A stretch of 63,332 nucleotides of DNA, the filler included, from Octopus bimaculoides (Eukaryota): the NCBI RefSeq assembly GCF_001194135.2. It is 5 parts of 4 records of this genome, joined end to end, with 100 filler letters (N's around TTAATTAATTAA, not from the genome) between each part and the next. Parts side by side here need not be neighbours in the genome. Positions count along the whole stretch, not along the records: positions 31,364 to 47,419 come from NC_068981.1; positions 47,520 to 58,691 come from NW_026439247.1; 3 more parts are not named here. The stretch is one strand, 5' to 3'. The number at the start of each line of letters is the position of its first letter. The first letter of the stretch is position 1. Position numbers and translations under genes: made by a program. This document shows, in pieces, positions 35,736 through 48,790 of the stretch. The notes beneath the pieces are model-generated. The model ran no database searches, was not told where the DNA came from, and worked only from the letters and a program-made list of their open reading frames with translations.

Positions 35736-38420
35736 TCCTTATATCGCCTGCCACCACCAGGACCTTACACCGATCCGTCGCAGGATTACTAATTTCTGCC
35801 AGATGAATAGACTGAAGCAACGTGAAATGAAGTGTTCTGTTTAAAAACATAACGCATTGCCCTTTCCAGTCACCGAAACAACGATCATATATATATGTTC
35901 CTGAGTGTAGTACCCTAAACACTAAACCACGAGTCTCCACAGTTTTGTTATAAGGCAATTTGTATTATCAGAAATATTATTTAATTCTTAGAAATCTTTC
36001 TGAAAATTATTTATATTTTATAACTCTTGGAACATATTCAAGTTGATAATCACAAATATGGAACTGTGCTCACAGCTGAACTGCACAGTACCCATGGGGA
36101 GTGACATGGTAACATACTCAAGTGAAACTAAAGAGAACTTGGAATCCAAAAATTAAGAAGCTTAATGATGAACAGTAATTAAAGCCTTATTGTTTGATTC
36201 ATGTCATTCTTGTAACACCGTCAGCATATGATTCTAAAGTAGTAAATGTTGAGAATATTTTTGAGGAAAGAGTGTGCTGACTGAAATTGCAAATGGGTTT
36301 AAATGGAACCAGACCTTTCACAAGAATCGCATCATATGTTTATCATATATTTCACAGTTTTTATTAGGAAACTTATGACCTTAGGCAAACAGGAAAAATT
36401 ATCGAACGCAAATTTACTTTGATCATAAGCCTCAATGATTATGACTGACCTTGGGTTAAACAACAACAACATCAGAAAGAACGACGACAACAAATGTTTA
36501 TCTGGAATCTTCTATTTAGTCATCGCCCCTTAATTTCGTCTAACATTACATTTCTTTACCTAAATTTGACTGTGTACACGGCATTCTACAACACTTTCCC
36601 TATCTTCGGCCAATACTTTCTCTCCAGCATTAATATCTATTGAACCCCATGGCACACTATCATACATGCCGTTTGTGCTGATTTTTCTACTTGATTTATG
36701 CCGTCAAACATAATCACTAACATACAAATTTTGTATTATGTCTCATTTAAAGATACGTGAGTAAAAAAATGATTGAAATCAGAAAGTATGTATCATGGTA
36801 ATGTTTTTACATTTAGAGAAACGACTGCGTCACTGTCTGTTCCCAGGACTTCCGAAACTAGTAAAAAGCGGGAACACAGTTATCTCCAAACAGAATACCT
36901 AGTCGAAATACTTTCAACAGAATGGCCCCCTGCTAAAATCACCCAAAGATTAGGCGATGCAATGTTTCTAAATCAAGTAACCTTAATAAATCTACCTGTT
37001 CCCATTTATTTTTCGTTCGCTTTACTTCGCCAGTTCTTGTTACCCCTGTCAATCAAAATCGAGTAGAACTATGTTCAAAGTTGTTCCACGCATGCTTACC
37101 CATGAAAGAAAGGTTCATCAAATGAGCTTCCACACAGTTTCCATCTTCTAAATTCTATTCCTAATTCTTTGGGCTGTCTGCGCTTAGACAAGATATTCAC
37201 CAGCATGATATAATTGAATCCAAAATCATATCGATGGGAAGCGAGCTTGTTAAGCAAGACAGCCACGCCTGCATTTATAAACGATTTTTCCATCCTTCCC
37301 CAGATATTATTTTTCGTCCGTTTCCTTTTTTTTTTTTTACGCTACCTTGCCTCATGTCAACCCAAATCGAGTAGACCTATCTGCAAAAGTGTTCCAACAA
37401 TGATTATCCTGTTATTTTTCATACAGTGTACCTCAAGACAATATTATTCAATATGGCCTTCATTCCTTTAGTCTGCAAGATATAATTCTGGAGCAGACTA
37501 TTAATTTTTTTAAGCCACTATCCACAGACATCCATATTGGCTCGTAAATACATCAAATAGCTCCCTTCCAAGTCCTCTAAAGATTAGCAGAAAACATGAG
37601 GTACATTTCGCCTTTGCAAGTAAAAAGTAACGGAAATCATTCTTGAAGTTTATTACTGATGTCTGAAAATCTACTTGGTGAAAGGCTTGAACTGTCAACA
37701 GAATCAATCCACTTCCAACTGAATTCAATTCTAAATCCATGCGTTCCACATATTATTTCATTGACGATACAAATATTATTACCTTCCGTCTTAAATCATT
37801 ATTTCAATTATAGTTTCACATAACGTAGAGAGAGCGCCACGTTTCTTCTATTTGATTTTTGAAACGTTTATAATATTGAACTTAGTTGATCAGTTAAAAC
37901 AAAGACTTATTAATTCGTGAGCAATTACTGTACGTACAAGATATGTCCAAGGACTATGATGTTCGTGTACTAACGCAGTGTTCAAACGAATGTGAATACC
38001 GTTGAATATTTACTCCAGAAATAGCAAAATTTGACGTTACTTTTTTTTCATTCCAAATAATCATTTGTCTCCTAAGCAACGATATATATTTCTAAACAGC
38101 TATGCTAATTTCTATAAGTAAAGATATACTTTACATTTTCTACATATATAAGGCAGAATAATTAGATCGTCGAGGGTTTGTGTTACTTCTTCCGGATGTT
38201 TATGTTTTAAGCTCAAATCACGCCGAGGTCGATAAAATACCGTACAAATAAAGCACTAGGTTGGTGGTATCGAACTATGCTTTCTCCTTAAAACTGCTGT
38301 TCTTGTACCTATATTGTATATATTATTTTCTACTTATATATTTATTACTTCACTACTCATTAGTTTTCTGTGGTATGATTTATTTAGCTTTGTTATTCTC
38401 TGGAACTTCATGAATTTTAT

Positions 38421-38800
38421 TTTGGCACTCCGTCGCTTACGACGTCGAGGGTTCCAGTTGATTCGATCAACGGAACAACCTGCTCGTGAAATTAACGTGC
38501 AAGTGGCTGAGCACTCCACAGACACGTGTACCCTTAACGTAGTTCTCGGGGGATATTCAGCGTGACACAGTGTGACAAGGCTGACCCTTTGAATTACAGG
38601 TACAACAGAAACAGGAAGAAAGAGTGAGAGAAAGTTGTGATGAAAGAGTACAGTAGGGTTCGCCACCATCCCCTGCCGGAGCCTCGTGGAGCTTTAAGTG
38701 TTTTCGCTCAATAAACACTCACAACGCCCGGTCTGGGAATCGAAACTGCGATCCTATGACCACGAGTCCGCTGCCCTAACCACTGGGCCATTGCGCCTCC
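38421..38800 (-). mobile_element. Full-length family D (head A plus tail 1)
   Basis: Reverse complement of 6051-6435 with few differences. Confidence 0.9.
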
Positions 38801-41800
38801 CTTCATGAATATGGAAGCTATAAAATAATGGATACGGTCAAATTAATTAATGTATTGAGTATTTTTATGTTCGGTTTAAAAAAAACGACATATTTCCTTT
38901 ATTTAGTAAAATTGTCTTTGTTCCAGTTTCAAGTACATATCTTCATTTACGTCATCATTACCCTTATTCTATCTCACCCTAATTTTGAAACGAACTTATT
39001 TATTCATTGATATACTTGATTAACAATTAACGAGCAATTCGATGTTGCTACCCCTCCTATCTCATAAACTAGTGCTTCACTTTGATTAGACATAGTCATT
39101 GTTCCCCGATAAGATGTAAAGTGTGATTTTGTAACACGTTAATATGCTATCTCAGAACATATTTGCGATAGGAATGAGAACTTTATCAGCCATTCTATCA
39201 AAACAGGGAAATGTACATGCTCATTCCTAATTAAAGCAATCTATTGTAATTTAACTAGCAGTATTGAGACAGGGACATGTTTCGGATTCAATCTCTCTTC
39301 ATGGTACCTTGAGCAAGCGTCTTCTACTGTAAACTTGAGTGAAAGAATATTTTGAGAATGGAATTTGGTAGAAGGAAACTGTGTAGAATTCCGTTCATAT
39401 GTGTACGTGAGTTTGTTTGTGTATATGTGCATATATGTATGGGCATGGGCGAACATGTTTGTGTATGTCTCTGTATATCATTCCTCGAAGTATAACGGTG
39501 AATGAAATAAATATCGGCGAGACACTGAAATCCAGTATTTTTTAGGAAAAGTCCCTTGAAATATTTTCTCTGCAACAAATTAGATTGTCCGTCTCATCGT
39601 TAGAAATGCAATGAACAAACAAATGAGTGACTGGAAACATGTAACCAACGATGTTATTATTCAAATGAAATAAATAAATTTACAAAGTAAAATAATTAAG
39701 TTCAGAATCTTAAAAGTTTGGATGGGATGATTGGAAATTTAAGAGGAAAATACCTTTTCCAACGGCATCACTTGAATAAGTGAAGTAAAACGAGTTGAAC
39801 AAAGAATCGAAAGCGTGAATTTGTTGCTTACCAGCAATTGAAATCTATATTATGATACTTCCTGCTTACATGAATACTGGTTAATCAAAAGCATCATTTT
39901 CAGCCCTCCATTTATTTATTAGATCTGACCACCACTTTTTCGAATTTACTAAAAGGAAATTGTCTATTTTTGTTAGAAAAATCGCATAAATAATTGTTGA
40001 CACATCTTACAAGACATCACTTCTCATATGTATAAACCCATATCATGCACAGCTAAAGTCCATTAATGAATATTTCATATCTTCTATGACACCGTTCCGT
40101 ATACATTGATAGGAGGTGGGTATATAGTACTGTAAAAATTATCAGGAGACGGTTTTCTGTTTACATTAACGAACGTTGTAAGAAACTTGCTGCCAAAGAT
40201 TTGACAAGACGACTGAAAAATTGATCGTTTTCCGTCTACTATTGTTCTCAAAATGTTCTGTAACTTCTAAAGAACTAAAGAAGTGTAAATACATTTTGTG
40301 TAAATAGGAAAGTTTTAGTGTTATAGGTGTTAGAAACATGTGAAACTGCATTGCTTGTCAATTATATATTAATCTCGGTATTTAACAAGGTGTGGGGCAG
40401 AGGAGAATTCTCTGATAAAATTATGTGGAAAAGTGATAGAAGCCATTTATCTTCGATCTGGTTACTCAGTGTGCTAGAAATAACGTCCAAATCTCGCTCA
40501 AAATTTTTCTGTTTCAAAAAAGAAAGTAGGATAATGCACTCCTGATTGCATTGCGATTAGAATTAACGATTGGAAGGGGTAAACTGGAATTTCTTTGATC
40601 TGGCCAACCGAGGCTTAAACTTAAGCCCTTTATTCTGTTATTGTTATCATTAAAGAATCGATATGCTCTCTTGATGACAGGATTAGAAATACACGAAATA
40701 ATATTCTTCTTATGCCTTTCTAGTCACTAATATCATCTCCATAGTTTAATTTTTATCTGGTTTTATTCTCAGTAAGTAGATATTTAAACACTGATTTTTA
40801 AATTTCAAGCATTTGAGGAATCAGAAATAGAATTTTAGCAATATAATTAAAATAAAACAACTTCCACCCGAAATGCCTCATTAACTCGGATCAACGTTAG
40901 CTTAAGACGCTGACAGTTATCTTTTCACCAAACACAGACAATTAGAGTATATTAATGTTCAACTGGTATTCAAACCGTGACAACTGCATGTTATGTTCAA
41001 GACTTTTTAAGCCGGACAATTTGAGTGAATATTGATTTCAAATTTTGGTACAAGGCCAGGATTTTTAGGAGAGGGTGTAAGTCGATTAGATTGACCCCAG
41101 TACTCCACTGTTACTTATTTTATCGACCCCGAAAGGATGAAAGGCAAAGTCTACCTTGGCGAAATTTGAACAGAGAACGCGGTCAGACGAAATGTTGCTA
41201 AGCGTTTTACCTGGCGTGAAAGATTCTCCTAGCTCGCCGCTTAAATTTGAGGAGAATATTAGCTGCTGTTTTTTTTTGGGGGGGGGGGATTGATTTGACA
41301 ATGCACAAAGGAAAATAAGAATTTGTGGTGTTCACCTTTTCTCAAAGTCCATTAGCGATGTAAAATAATTTCAAATCGTTTTCACAGGAAATCGAAACCT
41401 CGACGCCGACTCTACCAGAAGTGAGCTTCTAGTTCTACAACACTCGTTTGAGTTCCTTTCTTTTTTAATTATTCACCAAACATAGAATATTAGCAGCGAC
41501 CAATTTTGTTGTTACTTTTCTATTTTTATCTTTTAAATATTTTCATTTATTTTGTCTTTCTTAATTTCATTATCCATAGAAGTTTCNNNNNNNNNNNNNN
41601 NNNNNNNNNNNNNNNNNNNNNNNNNNNNNNNNNNNNNNNNNNNNNNNNNNNNNNNNNNNNNNNNNNNNNNNNNNNNNNNNNNNNNNNNNNNNNNNNNNNN
41701 NNNNNNNNNNNNNNNNNNNNNNNNNNNNNNNNNNNNNNNNNNNNNNNNNNNNNNNNNNNNNNNNNNNNNNNNNNNNNNNNNNNNNNNNNNNNNNNNNNNN

Positions 41801-43949
41801 NNNNNNNNNNNNNNNNNNNNNNNNNNNNNNNNNNNNNNNNNNNNNNNNNNNNNNNNNNNNNNNNNNNNNNNNAATTCATCAAGTTAAAGAACTATAATAT
41901 TACGAACGAAAAGACTGCCATCTAATTACTGTGGGAACAGTTTTTCGCCTATAATTAATCCATGAAAATAATTAATGTTTATACAGGTGCTCAAGTAAAA
42001 CTGTGGAAATCAATCTCGTTTGACAAACGGCCATCCAATTTAGAAGATTTTTCACTCTTTGATTTTTGGAAGGTGCGTGTGTGTATGTATGTGTAAGCTC
42101 GTGAGTCTGTGTGAGCCCCATGTGCTTGTAAGCATTTGTTAGCCACTAATTGTTTCATTCCTGTGTAGTTTGGCAGTTATTTATTTAATTTTGTTTTCAG
42201 CTTTAACATTATCAAGAAATTGGTATAATTGGCTCAAAGGGTAGCATGGTTTAGTTTATAATAGAATATTTGGATTTAGGAGACACAGAACAGGGTTCAA
42301 ATAGCTCTGGGTTTAACTGAATTCCCAACCCAGTATGTTGAGATATGAATGATTGAATCTATACTGGAATTCAATAAAAGAAATTATGTAATTATTAGAT
42401 ATGGCTGCCTGGTTGTACAAGATGTAAAAATAATGGAATACATAATTATTTAGCAGTATTTAGTTTTGCTTTACGTGTTAAAATCCTATTAGGTCAACTT
42501 TTCTTTCTTCTGCAAATCACTCAATAGTAGCAGTCTTATGCTATTATAAATCCATTCTACTATACGCTTCCTCCCAAGGCATCGAGCTCGCAGAATGTTT
42601 AGAAGACTGGACAAAATATTTAGGAGCATTTCTCCGGCTGTATGTTCTCAGTACAAAAATCCATCGAGTAGGCGTTACTTTCTATCTTTCGAAGTCAATA
42701 AAATAAATCCATTTGAGCACTAAGATCGATGTGATCGACAAGAACCTCCTACACACACACACACACACACACATCTAAAGGGCAGTACTAATTGCATGAT
42801 ATATATTATACACTATTAATTCAAAATGTAACCTGTTTTTCAATTACACTAGAGCTAGCATTTTATTACTTTACGCTCTATAAAATAAGCATCTGTTATA
42901 TATATTGGGGCACTTCAATCAATTTTAAACAGCCTTCTAAATATATGACATTGTGAGAATGAAAGAAAATGTTATTAGTCTTAAGTTAATGAAAGAGGTG
43001 TTGCAAACTTTGAAGAGTACTCAGCTAAATGCTGCACAGCATTTGGTTCCGTACTCATTACAATCTAATGTCAAATTCCCACCAGGGCTGTGTTCGATAT
43101 TCAGTCAAATACTATTGAAAAATGGAACTGATAAACAGGGTCCGATTGAATCGACTATTTTTTTTTTTTTTTTTTTTTTGGCATGCTTTATGGCTTTGTA
43201 TTTATTAGAGCAAATATATATTTCCGTGTCAGTGGAGAAACAGACAAAATATCTTGTCTCATTTAATTACTTCCCTTTGTTGAAATCCTGCCCGAAGTGA
43301 CTTTAATTTTTCGGGACTTGATAAATTAAATATAAACGAAATACTGAACGAAATCGGTCATATTACACTTTCAAAAATGTGCCTACATGAAAAATCAACA
43401 GGCTAGCTATAGTTTTCAGTGCCCGGGGACAAAAATACTTTTTTATTGACTTTCCTGGATGAAATATTTTAACTATTTCCTACCCACTTTAGCCAATAAC
43501 ATAGGTGATAAAATACTAAGTTTCATAGGTCTACTGTTTCTTGCTCTTGAAGATCTGAGTTCAAATTCCACGAGGAACAGCGATTACTCTTATCCCTTTA
43601 TGACCGGTAAATAAAGTACTAAAGGTAACCCCTAATCACATAGTATTTGTTCCGGTTTCTTACGTTGTCGGCAAACCTTATGATGACACTAGTATGAAGC
43701 TTGAATAACATCGGCGATAGATATAGATGGGACTTGACTGCATGGACAGTAGCTGACTTTTTATAACAAACCTTTCTACGTCCAGGCCTAGGAGAAGTGC
43801 TGTCAGATGCAAAAATCATGGTCTTACGAGACATACGGAAAACACAAATATGCAAAAAAAAAAAAATCAAGTTATTTCTGTAATCAAGTAATCAATAACA
43901 ACTTTCACGATGCGGCAAATTTCCTGCTCATCCGTTAATCCAACATCAA

Positions 43950-45350
43950 CTACATTTTCATGATACAGTTATTTACGAATTGAATTGTCAATCCCTATGT
44001 TTCACATTGATTTTTGTCCGCATTAAGTGCTTCTTGACTTCTTTTCATGCGATTATAGTTATTTATCTTTCAACGAATCAAGATTTGTAGCTGCTTTTCT
44101 TCGACAATTCTTTAACATGACAGCAGAATTATTGTAACATTGCGAGCAGCAATCCTTCAATAATATTTCAAATGCTCCTACTCTGGAGCTTAGCCATTTC
44201 TCAATATTGGTAGCTGTTTTCCTTTATTTGTATAAAGTGGAATAACTATTTGACATCTAATTTCTTGGCTTAAAATTAGAGTCAACAAGTCAAGTCATTT
44301 GAGCTTGAAATAATTGCTCCTGATTGCCAATATCACGTGTGTGGTCAAAGAGAGTACCATAGAATTAGCTTCTACAAAGTGCTAACAAAAAATGTGCCCA
44401 CATGTAGCTGTGACACGTATAGCTACCTTCTGAATTTCCGGAAAAAATGTGAACGCTTGCTTCCTTAAATTTGTTAATACTCTATCATTACTTTGCTAAT
44501 ACCATCAACATTTCCACGGTTTTCATTCGAGTGCATGTCCTCTATATGACGAAGAAAAGCAAGATTCTGAGAAGTTAAATATTCTGTACAATCCAGCAAC
44601 ATTCCCAGTGAATCTCTTAATTTGTTTTTGCTGTTGTTTTGCGTCTGTGTTTTTTTCAATTTGCCTTTGCAATACATCATCAATGTTACTTTTAAAGTAA
44701 ATTCAGCGCTCAGTTACTTTCAAGCAGCAAATTACTAGTGATACCCATCGTTATATTCAAGGGCATATTACTATTTTTTTCATTTAATGTATTAGTCCTA
44801 TGTTTTGAAAACATATCAATTATCAAATGTCATACATGTAGATAAGTGCAAAAGTCAACATAATCAGTGTTCTGCCTCAGGATGACGAGTATACACTAAC
44901 ATAAGAAGATTATCTTCTTGTCTACTCAAAAACCATGATTTGAAGTAAAGTAAAACGCAGTCACAGGACATTTCTATTTGATATCGCATGTAACTGCTTT
45001 ACGCTGAAATTCATGCTCTCCAAGTTTAATAATCTCTATATTTCGTACATGTATTTCAAACTGTTATGTCTGTTGTATCATATTTCATAAAACCTATACC
45101 ACTCTATGCTAAAATATTCACTGTATCATCCACTTTTAGTTAAGGACCACTTTTCATGTAAATCCACTTCTCACAAAGAGGGTAGACTCTTTTATGAACA
45201 TTGTATATTTCATCAAGACGAAGAAAGTCACTTCTTTGTTTTCTATTTCAAATGAAGCTGACATCAGAAGTGAAAAATTTGGAATAGTGATGCCATGACT
45301 TCCAAGAAGAAACCTCATAATTTTAATTGATTGCATCTATGAACCTGTAA
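43950..45350 (-). mobile_element. Highly decayed hAT transposase (DUF4371/ZMYM1-like)
   Basis: In changing frames on the minus strand: LLDCTEYLTSQNLAFLRH...NRGN, FYGTLFDHTRDIGNQEQL and CSQCYNNSAVM. Confidence 0.55.
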
Positions 45351-45739
45351 ACTGTACACTTTTTGTTTGCATACCATCCCCTACATTTTTCTTTTTAGAC
45401 ATAATGAATTGAAAAGGAAATTTATCAATGATTAGTACATTATATTTAATACACTAGTCAGAAGCAGCTGATCATTTTATTTCAAGTCAAACAGGATTTG
45501 TATCTGGCTCAAAATATTATTATAATGAAACAGATTACAGTGCATTAAAAAAACTATCTATCGAGGGTATCTGACGGTCACACTGATCCCTCTCTACACC
45601 AGAGTAGCTATTTATACGGGTTACGCAGAAAACATTGTTCGAAGAAACATTACGCCTAGCATAAAACTACCATAATAACAGTACTCTCCCGATCTGAGAA
45701 AGACGTTCAGCAATAACTTGGTGACGAGCCTATTCAGCT

Positions 45740-45975
45740 GATTCGCTTTATATTGATCAACTATTTGTGCTGTACATATGCTAACTCACTACGTCTAATC
45801 AGCATTTCCTGTTCAAGTGCAGCATGTACCACACGTCAGATGTGAAAATGATCGCAGAGGAAATTGAGATGAATCGTATTGCTCAAGAACGCAACACACC
45901 ATCATGTCCAGGAATCGAATTCGCGATCTCGTGATCGTGATTGTAAGATCCCTAACCACTGGGCCACGCACCCGC
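45740..45975 (-). mobile_element. Diverged tRNA-derived SINE
   Basis: Minus-strand head GGTGCGTGGCCCAGTGGTTAGGG...GAATTCGATTCCTGG and a TTCTTGAGCAA central motif. Confidence 0.55.
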
Positions 45976-46226
45976 ACACGGCTGTCATATCAATATAAAT
46001 ATGTCTCCTATGCGTGATCTTGATTTCGGCTGAGTTATAATTTCCGCTATTTTGCAAATTTTTTGGGGAAATTGCATGAGAGAAGTAAAAAATAGAAACA
46101 AAAATTAAAGATATTTAATATACACGCATACATAAAGACATAAACGTGTGTCGTGTCCGCCGTTTGTGTATGTGTATTTATATATATAATGTATGCGTGT
46201 GTATGTGTGCGGATGTATGCATATGG

Positions 46227-46264
<38 letters not shown>

Positions 46265-47520
46265 GTGTGTGTATACGTGTATATGTATATATCAATGTAT
46301 ATGTGAATATATATATATGTATGTAAGTGTGTATGAATATAAATGTATATATATATATGCGTATGTATATATGCGTGTGTGTACAGATCTAAATATATTT
46401 GTACGTTTGATGTAAATAGATCGATTTCGAAATTCTATATGCTGACAAAAGATTTGATCTGAGATTATATTTCAAATATAAAGCAATTACAGTGAATAAG
46501 ATACGTATTAAGCGTTCATAAGCACACAAAAACTTTAAAGTTTTCTTTACCATTTATTCTTTCATGTTAAAATTTTACTTCGTACTTTTAGTAACATATT
46601 CAGTGACTAAGTCGCATTGTAATTGGTTTGAGACAAGGCTGTTGGTTACTATATATGTATCGGCCTCAAACTTTTAAATACATTGCCTCTCATCTACGTA
46701 GGTAAGTCATGTTTTTGTCACACCTGGCATTCATTGTAGTTCAGTTCACTCGTTTTGTTTTGCATTGCATTTTAGTTATAATCACACGGTTGCTCTTTCT
46801 CACTTTCTTTCTTTCTTTGTTTCTTTCTTCTTTCATAGATTACACCTATTGCATTGTACAATCTAGCTGAATCAGACATAATGACTTCAAGCAAAAGAAT
46901 CCATTAGTCCATGAACACAGAAGAAATGGAGAAAACAAGTTCATACGAATTATATGAGGATTCATACTAGTATCAGCAACAATAAAAAACTAATAGCATT
47001 ATAATTACTAATACTAACACTTGCTATAAAAATGGTATGTTGGCAACAGTAGTAACAAGTGTACTAAATCCTTTTAAACACATCATAAAGAGGAAAATTG
47101 TTGATAATTAAATAAAAACGGGAAATGCTTAACAAGATAAAGGTACTAATAATAATAATGCACCATTCTAATTTTGGTACAAGTTGTGCAATTTTGAGCA
47201 GCGGGGTTAAGTGCATTACATCGATGTCAGTGCTTGACTGGTAGCATATTTTTTAGACACCTAAAACTTCAAAAGAAAAGTTGACCACGGTGAGACTTGA
47301 ACTGACAACGTAACAATCCGTAAAAATTCTGCTATATTATTTTTAACCAACTTATTAATGATTCTGCCAGTAATATAACCAATAAATGCATTTATACAAT
47401 GATACAATTTTATATATATNNNNNNNNNNNNNNNNNNNNNNNNNNNNNNNNNNNNNNNNNNNNTTAATTAATTAANNNNNNNNNNNNNNNNNNNNNNNNN
47501 NNNNNNNNNNNNNNNNNNNA

Positions 47521-47652
47521 GGTGGTTAGAGTATGCGATAGAATACTTAAGATTAGATTAGTCCTACACCATGGTTTAGCAACCATTATCTTGGCCTATG
47601 CCCCTCAGCCCGGGCTACCCGACGGACAGAAAGACCAATTTTATGACACCCT
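47521..47652 (+). mobile_element. RTE APE-endonuclease fragment
   Basis: VVRVCDRILKIRLVLHHGLATIILAYAPQPGLPDGQKDQFYDTL, matching the RTE EN pattern DRI...AYAPQ.G....K..F. Confidence 0.8.
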
Positions 47653-47656
47653 GTGT

Positions 47657-47849
47657 CATGTGCGGGCGACACATAATATCTTTCGAGCGAGATCGTTGCC
47701 AGTGCCCCTGGACTGGCTCATGTGCGGGAGACACATGAAATCTTTCGAGCGGGATCGTTGCCAGTGCCCCTGGGCCGGCTCTTGTGCGGGTGACACATGA
47801 GGTTTTTCGAGCGAGATCGTTGCCGGTGCCCCTGGACTGGCTCATATGC
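47657..47849. repeat. 62-bp CpG-rich minisatellite, at least 3 units, running into a gap
   Basis: Unit starts at 47657, 47719, 47781 and 47843. Unit sequence CATGTGCGGGAGACACATGAAATCTTTCGAGCGGGATCGTTGCCAGTGCCCCTGGGCCGGCT. Confidence 0.95.
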
Positions 47850-48629
47850 NNNNNNNNNNNNNNNNNNNNNNNNNNNNNNNNNNNNNNNNNNNNNNNNNNN
47901 NNNNNNNNNNNNNNNNNNNNNNNNNNNNNNNNNNNNNNNNNNNNNNNNNNNNNNNNNNNNNNNNNNNNNNNNNNNNNNNNNNNNNNNNNNNNNNNNNNNN
48001 NNNNNNNNNNNNNNNNNNNNNNNNNNNNNNNNNNNNNNNNNNNNNNNNNNNNNNNNNNNNNNNNNNNNNNNNNNNNNNNNNNNNNNNNNNNNNNNNNNNN
48101 NNNNNNNNNNNNNNNNNNNNNNNNNNNNNNNNNNNNNNNNNNNNNNNNNNNNNNNNNNNNNNNNNNNNNNNNNNNNNNNNNNNNNNNNNNNNNNNNNNNN
48201 NNNNNNNNNNNNNNNNNNNNNNNNNNNNNNNNNNNNNNNNNNNNNNNNNNNNNNNNNNNNNNNNNNNNNNNNNNNNNNNNNNNNNNNNNNNNNNNNNNNN
48301 NNNNNNNNNNNNNNNNNNNNNNNNNNNNNNNNNNNNNNNNNNNNNNNNNNNNNNNNNNNNNNNNNNNNNNNNNNNNNNNNNNNNNNNNNNNNNNNNNNNN
48401 NNNNNNNNNNNNNNNNNNNNNNNNNNNNNNNNNNNNNNNNNNNNNNNNNNNNNNNNNNNNNNNNNNNNNNNNNNNNNNNNNNNNNNNNNNNNNNNNNNNN
48501 NNNNNNNNNNNNNNNNNNNNNNNNNNNNNNNNNNNNNNNNNNNNNNNNNNNNNNNNNNNNNNNNNNNNNNNNNNNNNNNNNNNNNNNNNNNNNNNNNNNN
48601 NNNNNNNNNNNNNNNNNNNNNNNNNNNNN

Positions 48630-48790
48630 GGTTGGCGTTAGGAAGGGCATCCAGCTGTAGAAACTCTGCCAAATTAGATTGGAGCCTGGTGTTGCCATCC
48701 GGTTTCACCAGTCCTCAGTCAAACCATCCAACCCATGCTAGCATGGAAGGCGGACGTTAAACGATGATGATGATGATGATGATGATGATT
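48630..48790 (+). mobile_element. 3' tail of the (GAT)n-terminated RTE-type SINE/LINE family (family C)
   Basis: GGTTGGCGTTAGGAAGGGCATCCAGCTGTAGAAAC...CATGGAAGGCGGACGTTAAACGATGATGAT. Confidence 0.85.

Noticed and set aside
36773-37749. 97-aa ORF, or an L1/Tx1 endonuclease relic (GVAVLL, ILFGD on the minus strand)
   Set aside because: The motif spacing is too long for an APE domain and no family is recognisable, so it was left unassigned.
44878-44940. Third hammerhead-like motif (GATGAC-GAGTA...TACTC-AAAAC)
   Set aside because: The core is incomplete, there is no stem I, and it lies within the hAT relic.
46702-46838. Short intron-like segment (AG|GTAAGT ... pyrimidine tract TAG)
   Set aside because: All joined frames reach stops quickly, and the tract is a (CTTT)n-like microsatellite. 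A UTR or non-coding intron cannot be excluded without RNA data.
47657-47849. CRISPR-like regular repeats (also the 7300, 20010 and 29455 arrays)
   Set aside because: The units are contiguous, with no unique spacers and no cas genes. They are eukaryotic minisatellites.
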